A stretch of DNA of 64,000 nucleotides from Ranitomeya imitator (Eukaryota): NCBI RefSeq assembly GCF_032444005.1, contig NC_091289.1, positions 16,182,001 to 16,246,000 of the forward strand. The letters are read 5' to 3'. Below are positions 42,784 to 56,900 of the stretch, one piece after another. Both the position numbers and the translations under genes were made by a program. Positions within the stretch are counted from its first letter, which is position 1, and each line of letters starts with the position of its first letter. The notes under the pieces were generated by a model, which saw only the letters and a program-made list of their open reading frames with translations, ran no database searches and was not told where the DNA came from.

Positions 42784-44943
42784 TAGTAGTTATATTCTTG
42801 TACATAAGGGCAGCATTATAGTAGTTATATTCTTGTATATAGCAGTATTATAGTAATTATATTCTTGTATATAGGGGCAGTATTATAGTAGTTATATTCT
42901 TGTACATCGGAGGCAGTATTATAGTAGTTGTATTCTAGTACATAGGGGCAGTATTATAGTAGTTATATTCTTGTACATAGGGGCAGTATTATAGTAGTTA
43001 TATTCTTGTACATATTGGGCAGTATTATAGTAGTTATATTCTTGTACATAGGGGCAGTATTATAGTAGTTTTATTTTTGTACATAGGGGCAGTATTATAG
43101 CAGTTATATTCTTGTACATAGGGGGCAGTATTATAGTAGTTATATTCTTGTACATAGGGGGCAGTATTATAGTAGTTATATTCCTGTACATAGGAGCAGT
43201 ATTATAGTAGTTATATTCTTGTATATAGGGGCAGTATTATAGTAGTTATATTCTTGTACATAGGGAGCAGTATTATAGTAGTTATATTCTTGTACATAGG
43301 GGGCAGTATTATAGTAGTTATATTCCTGTACATAGGAGCAGTATTATAGTAGTTATATTCTTGTACATAGGGGGCAGTATTATAGTAGTTATATTCCTGT
43401 ACATAGGAGCAGTATTATAGTAGTTATATTCTTGTATATAGGGGCAGTATTATAGTAGTTATATTCTTGTACATAGGGGGCAGTATTATAGTAGTTATAT
43501 TCCTGTACATAGGGGCAGTATTATAGTAGTTATATTCTTGTACATAGGGGGCAGTATTATAGTAGTTATATTCCTGTACATAGGAGCAGTATTATAGTAG
43601 TTATATTCTTGTATATAGGGGCAGTATTATAGTAGTTATATTCTTGTACATAGGGAGCAGTATTATAGTAGTTATATTCTTGTACATAGGGGGCAGTATT
43701 ATAGTAGTTATATTCTTGTACATAGGGGCAGTATTATAGTAGTTATATTCTTGTACATAGGGGGCAGTATTATAGTAGTTATATTCTTGTACATAGGGAG
43801 CAGTATTATAGTAGTTATATTCTTGTACATAGGGGGCAGTATTATAGTAGTTATATTCCTGTACATAGGAGCAGTATTATAGTAAAATTCTTGTACATAT
43901 TGGGCAGTATTATAGTAGTTATATTCTTGTAACTAAGGGCAGTATTACAGCAGTTACTATTTTGCTACATACATAATGATGTACAACAAAACAAGCGTAG
44001 ACAGGACAAAAAGGCTTTATTTTTGAATAAGAAAAATCTACATTAAGTGCAAAAAAAGCAGAAGATACAGAATATGAATTTTTTTTTTACTTTCTGAAGA
44101 TTGCCAATTCTGAAGATGCAGGTGGTGGGGAGAGGAGACAAGTGCTCTTAAAACTCATTTCCACTGTCATTAGATGAACCTTGTGGTTTGGCATAAGTCC
44201 ATATGGAGTGCAAATCTAGACGAGAAGCTTCCTGACGTGTTGAAGCTGCGGGTTCACGATCTTGTGATGAGGCCGGCCAGTACGGCAAGCCTTACAGTAC
44301 CTCTGGATAGGATGGCTGCCATATGTAGGTGTTGTCCACAACCATAAACGTCTCGCTGACAGGCTCGTCGTAGGGCAGTAGGAACGCCTGCAGCTTACAA
44401 TACACGCACCAGGCGGTATATTGTGCCCTCAAATCCTTGGTCAACTTTGCTCCACCCCTCCCCCACAAGAAAAAAAATTTAGGAGAGAGAGGAATGGAAA
44501 GAAAGAGGGCGAGAGCCGGTAATGCACTCGAGAATAACCCCTTCAGTGCCACTGAAGGTTCCAGTTTGGGGCACTTATTGAAAATCACTTTAAAAGTGAC
44601 CTTTATATAGAAACTGCAGAAAAAAAAAAAAGAAATCTAAAACAATAATAAAAAAAGGAAAAAAAGAAAAAAAAAAATTACAGGTTCAGACAAGCACATA
44701 AATCTTCTCTCAAAATAACAATAAAAAATATTCTGTCCCATCCTGTGGGGGAATTTGGAATGAAGGTACATGCCATGTACATTTCCCCCTGAGGTCTACC
44801 TGACAGACATTCACCATTTCCTTAATTCTGCACCTAAATGCAAGCCCCCTCCCTCCGCCCTTTTATTCCCCGCCACGCTGGGCAGTGATGCAGAGATCCA
44901 GGAGCAAAACGAGGGAGTCACATCCGCTGTCCAAAACCGCTCT

Positions 44944-44949
44944 TTAAAA
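44944..44949 (-). CDS. ARPC4: ARPC4 exon 6 coding part (F*)
   Basis: Long pyrimidine tract + ttgcag|TTT TAA. Confidence 0.9.
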   Translation of the reverse strand, partial: F

Positions 44950-47900
44950 CTGCAACAAAGAGAAAAAAGGGACAATAGTTAGGGCAGAATATGAACCAGA
45001 ACTTGGTGTACAGACAGGTCACGGGACGACGGTTCTGATAAGGCAATCTGCCTAATTGCTGCTGAGCTGCAGTCACCACTAGAGGGAGCTCACTGCATAC
45101 AGACTATTTTAGAAAGCGCACAGTATACAGCAAGCTCCTGGGCTCCCTCTAGTGGTGGCTGCACGCAAAATTGGTATTAAAAAAATAAAAAATATTCAGT
45201 TTGTGATATAAAAAACAAGCCCCAACTCTTCTAGTATGCGAACCAAACACAGAAGGTGCCGTGCTGCGGGTCTGAATATCTGCACCGCAGGTCAATATCC
45301 ATATGGAAAAGTACCGCAGCAGTTGTGTAAGATATGTAAAATCTCATCCAACTGCCTGCTACTGTAATCACCGTGGATTTTAGCTGCACAAATCTGTAGG
45401 TAAAATCCACAATACTTAGAACCCATCTGGATTTAGAAGGGTTTTTCCGGCAAAACAAATTTCTGCAGCGTCTTTATCACACTGTCAGGATTTGGCTCTG
45501 ATTGCCTTGTTGAGCCGTCGTCACGTAACCGCTTGCGTGCAATTTGGATGCTAGCAGCGACGAGCCTTCAACACTTCCTGATTTTTTCCTGTTTTTTGGA
45601 GAGAAGTGTATGAGAAACTACTCGGCATGTGATTGGAAATCTGGAAATCTATAAATTGCTTAGGAGCAGTCAGCTGATATTCAGGCTTGAACAGAAAAAT
45701 CAGAGGCGAATCCTGACAGCGAGCATATTAGGCACAGTCAGGCACCTGCAGAAATGTGTATTTTGCCTGGAAACCCCCTTTAAGGTAGAGAACAATTGCT
45801 GGGTGACCGATATAGGCGTCCCCCATTCTCCTCTCTGGATAGTTCCAACTGTTAGTAGATGAAGTGGTTTACCCAAGTCCCAATAAAGGGCTTATCAGAC
45901 GCCGCTCACTTCCGCAATGACAATGAGGGGGCAATAATCTGACCCCACAACGCCTGGTCACACCATATATGATCTGCAGGGATCGCGGTCGTGTCTTGAC
46001 AGGTAACGTCATCAGCATTGCTCACTTTTTATGTGGAAGTGCGGGGAGCTTTATAACTACTTTAAAGTTCAATGTGAAAGTGACTACACATGGCGAGACC
46101 ACCTCAACTGAACACAGACCTCCCCCCTTATCTTTGGGGTCTCAGCGGCCAATCAGATCAGGCCATTTTTATACAGGGGGAGGCTGTAACCTTGCGGTAC
46201 AGGAATCCACCCTGACGTGTTGTGCGGCGTGTGTCCTTACATTTTTTAGGAATTCCTCGGCTACGATACGGGCTCTAGCGTTGACTGACAGCTTCATTTC
46301 ACTGATCTCCTTGTCGATCTCCTCCATAAAATGAATGACAAAGTCCACCAGCTTGTGTTTGTACATTTGCTCCGTGTGGAAGTTTGTGATCAGGAAGCTG
46401 ATGTCGTAGCCCTGGGAACAAAAAGCACAAGATAAAAGAACAGATCTTCAAACATAGCTGCAGATCAGAGGGGTGTCGATACACGTTCCTGCTAAAGGCA
46501 ACGCCAATTACTCCCACGCATCAGGCAGCGATTAAGGATCGGACCCGGCAGGAGCCGCACAGCCTGGATTCACACCGATGACGGCGGAAAATCTTACATG
46601 TGAGCAGCAGCATCCAGGAACATGAACCACACCAGACCTAAAGGGGTACTCCAGCCATAACCCATCACATACCCAATGGATGAACGCTACAGCCCCTTCG
46701 GGCCGTGCGCGGGTCTCCTGACCCGAACGCTACAGCCTTTTCGGGCCGTGCGCGGGTCTCCTGACCCGAACGCTACAGCCCCTTTGGACCGTGAGTGGGT
46801 CTCCTGACCAGGACGCTACAGCCCCTTCGGACCGTGAGCGGGTCTCCTGACCAGGACGCTACAGCCCCTTCGGACCGTGAGCGGGTCTCCTGACCCGAAC
46901 GCTACAGCCCCTTCGGACCGTGAGCGGGTCTCCTGACCAGGACGCTACAGCCCCTTCGGACCGTGAGCGGGTCTCCTGACCAGGACGCTACAGCCCCTTC
47001 GGACCGTGAGCGGGTCTCCTGACCAGGACGCTACAGCCCCTTCGGACCGTGAGCGGGTCTCCTGACCAGGTCGCTACAGCCCCTTCGGGCCGTGCGCGGG
47101 TCTCCTGACCAGGACGCTACAGCCCCTTCGGGCCGTGCGCAGGTCTCCTAACCCGAACACTACAGCCCCTTCAGACCATCCGCGGGTCTCCTGACCTGAA
47201 CGCTACAGCCCCATACATGCCACTGAAGCGGTCTCGTTCAGGTCGGGGGACCCGTGGACGGTTCGTACACTGAGGTCCGTGCTTGGACAGAGTTTCACGT
47301 CCGTCTCACCGATGCCATGACTAGTAACACGTACCACTGTCCCGTACGACCGATCACGAGATCCCGCTACGATCCGGCCGATTATCACTCACCTCTACTG
47401 GCTTTCTGCGCAGGATAAAGAAATTTTCCGCTCTCATCATCATGAAGCGCATGAATTTGTGACATAAAATCTTTTCAATTTCATCGGCCTAAAAAGAAAG
47501 AAGGAAACTTTTGTTACCAGTGTGTTTCTGATTAATGAGCAGGAAGGTTCAGGAATTAGCCCATCAGAGTTACGTGGTAGCCGCATAGTAGTTATAACGG
47601 TCACCGGTGTCGCTGGAAATCTGCCTCTCCCCAACCACGCTGGGAGTTGTAGTTGAAGAGCCGACTACCTGTCCGGCAACTGACCTGTTTGACTGCGATG
47701 CTGACACGCACGGAGTTAATAGATCCCTCGATCAACACCTTCTCCTTCTCGTTCCTGCTGATGACCACCGGCTGTAAGAGCAGCTCTTTACTACTCCTGC
47801 AAAAGAATATGGAGATCCTAAGCACGGGGGAGGAAGTGCGCTGCTGGCGTAACGCTGCGGCCTGTCAGTCTCTTCCTGCAGAGCAGCGCTCGGTCACAAA

Positions 47901-50900
47901 GGTGCAGGGGAGCTGCACTGGGCCCCATTCACATGAATACACCTGGACGGCTGTGCGCTGCCGTGCGGGGAAAGACTGAACGACATTCAACCCTCATCTT
48001 CTATGGCTTCCCTCAATCTAGGGGTAATTTTCCTCTTAGGCACTTCCCCTTTAAAAATCTCCAAAAATTCCCTATTCTTCACGTCGCCGTTTCCGTGGCA
48101 ACAAGCCGTCATCTGTTCCGAGAACATTTGGGTTCTTTTCAGAAACAAATGTGTAGGAGGAGCGGCAGTGATTTATTACATGGCAATTACAGTCATTAGC
48201 GGACGCGTCACGCCAGGTGCCTCGCCCGACAGAAAGAGGAGGCACGAACTGTACGGAGGGTCCTCCGCCGTGTGACTGCGGGGGGCGCCCACTGAGATCA
48301 ATGGGCCTTAGTCATGTTCTGATGGGCCTCCAAAACAGAGGGTCTCTGCGCTCGGTCTCCCAAACTGGACCCCCACATTAAGTCATTCAATTTAAAAAAA
48401 TAAGAACCTTGTATTCGGCGTTCACACACAGTGCTAATTTTTTGGGTAAGAATTGTAGTAAATCCGCAGCGTTTGTGAAACTCACAGAACATCGGCTTAT
48501 TTATTTCTTTAATAAAAAATTTAATAAAATTTGCAGCTTTACTTAAGACACTAATTGGCCTAACGAGCGCTCATTAGGATGCTTGTTCTTAATCACTGGG
48601 GATCAACGTATTAAAATGCCGGTATAACTGTCCCTATGCAGTGGCATGTAAAAGTTTAGGCACCCCTGGTAAATTTACTATTATTATTACTGTTATTGTG
48701 AACAGTTAAGCCAGTTGAAGATAAAGTGATCTCTAAAAGGCCTAAAGTTAAAGATGACACATTTCCTTTTGCATTTTAACCAAAATAAATAAATATGTCA
48801 TTTTTTACATTTTAGAAGTTACAGAACTGTTTCTGTAAACTTTTAAAATGTAAAAAATGACATTTATGATGGGCTAATGCAAAAGTTTGGGCACTCTTGG
48901 AGATTTATGTGCTCAGAGAACTTTGACCAAGATTACCCCGTTAGGGTGATGACTTGTTCATGATCATCGTAGGAAAGGCCAGATGATGCAAATTTCCAGC
49001 TTTATAAAAACCCAGCCTCCTCCAACCTCGTGCCAAAAAAATAGCAGCCATGGATTCTTCTAAGCAGCTGTCTAGCACTCATAATGAAAATGATGGAGGC
49101 CCACAAAGCAGAAGGCTATAAGAAGACAGCAAAGCGTTTTCAAGTTGCCGTTTCCTTAGTTCTAAATGCAATTAAGAAATGGTAGTTACAGGAACAGTGG
49201 AGGTCAAGATAAAGTCCGGAAGACCAAGCAAAGTTTCAGTGAGAGCTGCTCATAGGATTGCTAGAGGAAAATCAGAACCCCTGCTTGATTGCAAAAGACC
49301 TTCAGAAACATTTAGCAGAGTCTGGAGTTGTAGAACACTGTTCTCCTGTTCAGAGACACCTGCACAAATATGGTTTTCATGGAAGAGTCATCAGAAGAAA
49401 ACCTCTCCTGCATCCTCACCATTAAATTCAGCATCAGACGTATGCAAAAGAACATCTAAATAAGCCTGATGCATTCCGGAAACAAGTCCTGTGGACCAAT
49501 GAGGATAAACTATAACTCTGGCCACAAAGGTACGTGTGGAGAAAAAAAAAAGGGCACAGAATTTCAGGAACAGAACATGTCGCCCACCATTAATCATGGG
49601 GGTGGATCAATCATGCTTTGGGGCTGTTTTGCAGCCAATGACACGGAGAACATTTCACGGGTAGAGGGAAGAATGGATTCAATTAAATTTCAACAAATTC
49701 TTGATGCAAACATAACACCATCTGTAAAAAAGCCGAAGGTGAAAAAAGGGAGGGGATGGCTTCTACTAATGGATAATGATCCTAAAGACACGTCAAAATC
49801 CACAAATGACGACGTCAAAAGGCGCAGGCTGAAGGTTTTACAATGGCCCTCACAGTCCCCTGATCTGATCATCATTGAAAATCTGTGTCTAGACCTCAAA
49901 ATAGCAGAGGATGGAAGACGCCCCACGAATCTCACAGAACTGAAAGAATTCTCCAAGGAAAAATGGATGAAAATCCCTCAAACAAGAAGACTCTTGTCTG
50001 GCTACAAAAAGCGTTTACAAGCTGTGAAACTTGAAAAAGGGGGCGCTACTAGGTACTAACCACGCAGGGTGCCGAAACGTTTGCATCGGCCGATTTTCCT
50101 TTTTGTAATTTTTAAAGGATAAAAGATGAAAATATATATTTTTTTGCCTAAAATACAAAAGGAAATGTGTCATCTTCAACTCTAGGCCTTTTAGAGATCG
50201 TTTCATCTTCAACTCGCTTAACGGTTCACAACAACAGTGTTTTTGACCAGGGGTGCCCAAACTTTCACATCCCACTGTAGTTACTGTATTTGGTGATGGC
50301 TCGTCTACTAATAACAAAAAGATCAGGCATATGAAAATCCATCTATAAACCCTGGTAGACTTTACTATCCGTAGGTGCGGCCGGTGTTGCCGTTTCTTAC
50401 CTGACTTCCACTTCGGGTTTGTTATGTCTTTCCACCACCTGCGAGGAGAAGTTTTCCAGACACATCGCCGCCTGTAAGGTGGCGCGGACCGTGTTGAGGT
50501 ACGGGCGAAGTGTGGCAGACTGGGAAGAGAAGGAACATCATGAGTCTACGGAGGCCACGTCTGCTGAAATGGTAGTCGCTCAGAAAAGGAAGTGGCACGG
50601 TCACTAAATAACATCAGATTTCGTCATCTGCACAATGAAAACTAAAGATGTGACGCCATCCTGAGAATCACATAATAGCAGCATTATCTTCTCAGATGAT
50701 GGGAGTTACCCTACACCCGCGGGACACGCCCGGCCGGGAATCTCACAAGTCAACAGATCCATTAACTTTCTGGCAGGAAAACGAGGCACAATCAGAGGTG
50801 GTTAATTATTAGCGGCTCAAGCCTACATTGTCGGTGCTGGAGGGATCGCAGTGTCTGCTGATCCCTACGATCACACACACAGGTGCTGCTCTGCTGATCC

Positions 50901-53900
50901 CTACGATCACACACACAGGTGCTGCTCTGCTGATCCCTACGATCACACACACAGGTGCTGCTCTGCTGATCCCTACGATCACACACAGGTGCTGCTCTGC
51001 TGATCCCTACTATCACACACACAGGTGCTGCTCTGCTGATCCCTACGATCACACACACACAGGTGCTGCTCTGCTGATCCCTACGATCACACACACACAG
51101 GTGCTGCTCTGCTGATCCCTACGATCACACACACACAGGTGCTGCTCTGCTGATCCCTACGATCACACACACAGGTGCTGCTCTGCTGATCCCTACGATC
51201 ACACACACAGGTGCTGCTCTGCTGATCCCTACGATCACACACACACAGGTGCTGCTCTGCTGATCCCTACGATCACACACAGGTGCTGCTCTGCTGATCC
51301 CTACGATCACACACACAGGTGCTGCTCTGCTGATCCCTACGATCACACATACAGGTGCTGCTCTGCTGATCCCTACGATCACACAGGTGCTGCTCTGCTG
51401 ATCCCTATGATCACACACAGGTGCTGCTCTGCTGATCCCTACGATCACACACAGGTGCTGCTCTGCTGATCCCTACGATCACAGAGGTGCTGCTCTGCTG
51501 ATCCCTACGATCACACATACAGGTGCTGCTCTGCTGATCCCTACGATCACACACACAGGTGCTGCTCTGCTGATCCCTACGATCACACACACAGGTGCTG
51601 CTCTGCTGATCCCTACGATCACACATACAGGTGCTGCTCTGCTGATCCCTATGATCACACACAGGTGCTGCTCTGCTGATCCCTACGATCACACACACAG
51701 GTGCTGCTCTGCTGATCCCTACGATCACACATAAAGGTGCTGCTCTGCTGATCCCTATGATCACACACAGGTGCTGCTCTGCTGATCCCTATGATCACAC
51801 ACAGGTGCTGCTCTGCTGATCCCTACGATCACACACAGGTGCTGCTCTGCTGATCCCTACGATCACACACAGGTGCTGCTCTGCTGATCCCTACGATCAC
51901 AGAGGTGCTGCTCTGCTGATCCCTACGATCACACATACAGGTGCTGCTCTGCTGATCCCTACGATCACACACACAGGTGCTGCTCTGCTGATCCCTACGA
52001 TCACACATACAGGTGCTGCTCTGCTGATCCCTACGATCACACACACAGGTGCTGCTCTGCTGATCTCTACGATCACACACACAGGTGCTGCTCTGCTGAT
52101 CCCTATGATCACACACAGGTGCTGCTCTGCTGATCCCTACGATCACACACAGGTGCTGCTCTGCTGATCCCTACGATCACACACAGGTGCTGCTCTGCTG
52201 ATCCCTACGATCACACACACAGGTGCTGCTCTGCTGATCCCTACGATCACACACACAGGTGCTGCTCACTAAATTAGAATACCACCAAAAAGTTACTGTA
52301 ATTTATACGTAAATAGATCACTGTGTGTAATGACTATATAGTATAGGAGTTTCACTTTTTGTATTGAAAAACTGAAGTAAATTCACTTTTTGATATATTT
52401 TGTGAGAAGCTCCTGTATTCCTAACCCTAAAGGACTGAACGTCTGGGGCAACCTGCAGTTATATAGAAGAGAAGATATGGCGGCACTAATCACTCCGAAC
52501 AAAATCTGTGCGGCCATGTAGTGATCCATCCGCAACCCCACAGCTTTCTGTAATTAGGCAGATTTACCAAACAGACCACCACCATGGAAGGGACCCCCCC
52601 CCCCACAACAGAATTCCGTGTTTAACCCGGATACATCTGCCGGTCGCTGGAAGTGGTGATCATCTGATCGCTTCCTTAGAACCGAATGCGCCACCATGTT
52701 TTTCCTACTCCTGAGAGCAGCATGATGTAGAGGCAGAGACCCTGATTCCAGTGAGATATCACTTACTGTGCTGCTTGCTGCAGCTTTGATGCAATCACTG
52801 ATTTGATATCTGAATACTGAACCTACAATACTGATTGGCAGCTTTCTGCCTATGCACAGTGCAGAATCAATAATTGTGGCAGAGTTGGCCTCCTGGTCCA
52901 TGCTCTAAGGTTAAAGGGGCTATCCAGAAGGTTTTTTTTTTTGCCTATGGGGCTGAGCATTTATTGGCAAGTAGTTGCTAACTACCTGTGCTGCCCTGCG
53001 AGGGCTTCTCCATGATGGACCTCTCCTACCTGTGGCTTCACGTCAGAAGAAGCGGCTGTTGATGTGACGTCAGAGGAGGCAGGAGAATCGTTACAAGGCA
53101 GCACAGTCAGTAACTATCTAATCCCAGGAGCCAGGTGGTCTCAGTGCCCCCCCGGAAAAGTGGATTATCACTACCAATATCTATTACACATTATCACTAC
53201 TTTCGTCAGCCTGGATCCAGGGGGTGGTCGATGAAGCCCCCAAAATGGAAAGCAAACGGTCATTTGTTGTAAAACTACAACTCCCAGCATGCCCTAGCAG
53301 ACGGAAGTTGTGAGTTGTTCTCTACTTCAAAATCCACTCCATATTCTCACTGGGAACCAATGGACGTCACTCGGGCCACTAAAATATAAAGTTGAGTTGC
53401 CAACCAAACTACAACTCTCAGCATGCACTGACAGCCCACAGCGGCAATAGCATGCTGGGAGTAGTAGTTTTGCAACAGCTGGAAAATACGTAATTTGGAG
53501 AATGCTTCCCTCTAGTATTTTGTGTGTGATAATCAGATGAAGCACAAATCCAAATCAGCAGATTATAAAGTGCAGGAGCGTTATCAGCCACCCCTGGAAA
53601 ACAGAACATAGCTGATAACAGAGAACAATAGCTTGCATTTAGCTGCCTTAATGTACAAAGAAGGAAAAAAAAATAATCGGTTTAAGGCTCCTGTAATAGT
53701 TCCCTGCAGAGATCATTATATGGCGGCACAGAGGCATCTTCCCAGAAAATCGACTGCACGGTGCAGCAGCGATGTGACCGCGCGCGTCTATTTCTGGAGC
53801 GCAATTATTCCAGCTGGAATGAGATTTTTTTTCTTCTTTCAATTTATTTCCATGTGTTACAAAATGGAAAAAAAGGGAAAAAAATAAATAAAAAATGTCC

Positions 53901-56900
53901 ACAGATCAAGCCGATGACCGTCTGGTAAGGAGAAGATGAGCGTGGTCCTCAGACTGGGCTGTATGCAGGACAACCCAGCAAGGAGATCAGAATTCAGAAT
54001 GCTGCTCTTGGTGTGACTGGAGCACAGGAAATGACGCAGCACTTCAATTCCAGGACCAAAGAAGCTAAAGGCGAGCAACACCTAAACCACAACTGAGGCG
54101 AACGCAACCGTACAAATCAGCTGGGGGCGAGCGAGAGGGTGACAGAGGAATTCACAAACCAAACCCCACGTGCGCTGACGAAGATAAACTTCCAAAGTTT
54201 TGCTCCCGGGCATGTGACAAGCCCGGACACAGCAGGAATACCATCTGCCGCAAACCCACAGACACCTCCCCAGAATATGGAGCAGAGGCCGAGCGTGCAG
54301 GAAAGCAACAGGACTTCAGGATGTGCATTACCAAGGAGAACGGGAGGGCGTCTCCAGTTCCCCTTAAAAAATTTTTTGCTGGTGCTACATAAGCAATATC
54401 CCTATAAAAGAATATTCCCAACTAGCAAAATTATCACTTTATGACTAACCCCCAACCTTGAAAATAAAAGGGCCACAGAGCTAATTTATCGCCGTGCCTA
54501 AGCTTTCCCTCCAGAGCAGCGCTCCTGACCACCTGGCTGTACAGGGGCAGCAGAGCACATAGTAAGGGACCTAGCACCTTTTTAATTACACGATTGTAGG
54601 AGGTCCTAGAGATCAGATTGTCACATATCGAATAGATAGTATTCCCATCTATCCCTTTAAATCAACCTTATACGCTGATACAATGCCTTTAAGGACTACA
54701 ACTGACGATGTGACTGATTGGTGACACATGAGGAAGCTGCGCCATCAATAATCCACGGGATCAGTCACATCTCAGTCGGGTTGGTATATTGCCAGGATGG
54801 GTGATGGGTGGGACCACCCGCCTCCCGGACAGGTGAACGGCAGCATAGCCTCGTTCATGTGAGGGGACCTGCTGCAATTCCCAGCACGGCCAGAATAAGG
54901 CGCTGCGGCGCTAAGCTCCCTTCATTCTCAGGATCAGTGGGGTCCCAGAAGTCGGAGCCCACCCATCACTTCAATATACCCTCCCTTTATAAGGCCAGAA
55001 TACCCATTTGAGGATAATTTCACATTTTTACTGCAAGTACAAGAGAGATTTTGCAGCATGCAGGACTGTCGCAAGCTTTATGCAACCTTTCTTCCTCATT
55101 TATTGCCATTTTGAGGCTACATGCTTGCGGTCAGTGAATAGAAGCATGTTTGCATCTATAGTAGAAGATTATTAACACTAAAATATGGTGTCTAGACAAT
55201 GTATCAAGTGTCAACAAACCAAACAGATGAGTAGTGCAGAGGACCCAGCGCAGAGGCCTCCTGACCCAGATACTTTGTTGCAATGTGCAGGGCATTGTCT
55301 ACACTTGTACCAACTTTCAGCAACGGGAAACATTAGTCTGCGTCAGATTTCTCCCTCTGGATGCAAACAAGTGCGAGATCTGCCCTCAGACTTAGAGACA
55401 AGAGATGGATGGAAAGGGCATCACTTCTACTTTCAAAGTGCCCCAAAAACGTTTTAAGACCTCAAAACTACAATTCCTTGCCCGACATCACCAGAGGATT
55501 GCGCTACCTGTTCTGTGTGCAGATCATGAGTGATGGCGGCGCACACTGGGAGTAAAAGGAATCCGGCCGCACTAGAGGACACACGGGATGGGTGACTATC
55601 CGTAGGACACACGGGATGGGTGACTATCCGTAGGACACACGGGATGGGTGACTATCCGTAGGACACACGGGATGGGTGACTATCCGTAGGACACACGGGA
55701 TGGGTGACTATCCGTAGGACACACGGGATGGGTGACTATCCGTAGGACACACGGGATGGGTGACTATCCGTAGGACACACGGGATGGGTGACTATCCGTA
55801 GGACACACGGGATGGGTGACTATCCGTAGGACACACGGGATGGGTGACTATCCGTAGGACACACGGGATGGGTGACTATCCGTAGGACACACGGGATGGG
55901 TGACTATCCGTAGGACACACGGGATGGGTGACTATCCGTAGGACACACGGGATGGGTGACTATCCGTAGGACACACGGGATGGGTGACTATCCGTAGGAC
56001 ACACGGGATGGGTGACTATCCGTAGGACACACGGGATGGGTGACTATCCGTAGGACACACGGGATGGGTGACTATCCGTAGGACACACGGGATGGGTGAC
56101 TATCCGTAGGACACACGGGATGGGTGACTATCCGTAGGACACACGGGATGGGTGACTATCCGTAGGACACACGGGATGGGTGACTATCCGTAGGACACAC
56201 GGGATGGGTGACTATCCGTAGGACACACGGGATGGGTGACTATCCGTAGGACACACGGGATGGGTGACTATCCGTAGGACACACGGGATGGGTGACTATC
56301 CGTAGGACACACGGGATGGGTGACTATCCGTAGGACACACGGGATGGGTGACTATCCGTAGGACACACGGGATGGGTGACTATCCGTAGGACACACGGGA
56401 TGGGTGACTATCCGTAGGACACACGGGATGGGTGACTATCCGTAGGACACACGGGATGGGTGACTATCCGTAGGACACACGGGATGGGTGACTATCCGTA
56501 GGACACACGGGATGGGTGACTATCCGTAGGACACACGGGATGGGTGACTATCCGTAGGACACACGGGATGGGTGACTATCCGTAGGACACACGGGATGGG
56601 TGACTATCCGTAGGACACACGGGATGGGTGACTATCCGTAGGACACACGGGATGGGTGACTATCCGTAGGACACACGGGATGGGTGACTATCCGTAGGAC
56701 ACACGGGATGGGTGACTATCCGTAGGACACACGGGATGGGTGACTATCCGTAGGACACACGGGATGGGTGACTATCCGTAGGACACACGGGATGGGTGAC
56801 TATCCGTAGGACACACGGGATGGGTGACTATCCGTAGGACACACGGGATGGGTGACTATCCGTAGGACACACGGGATGGGTGACTATCCGTAGGACACAC

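Noticed and set aside
54170-54200. CTGACGA as another hammerhead core
   Set aside because: No stem II followed by GAAA
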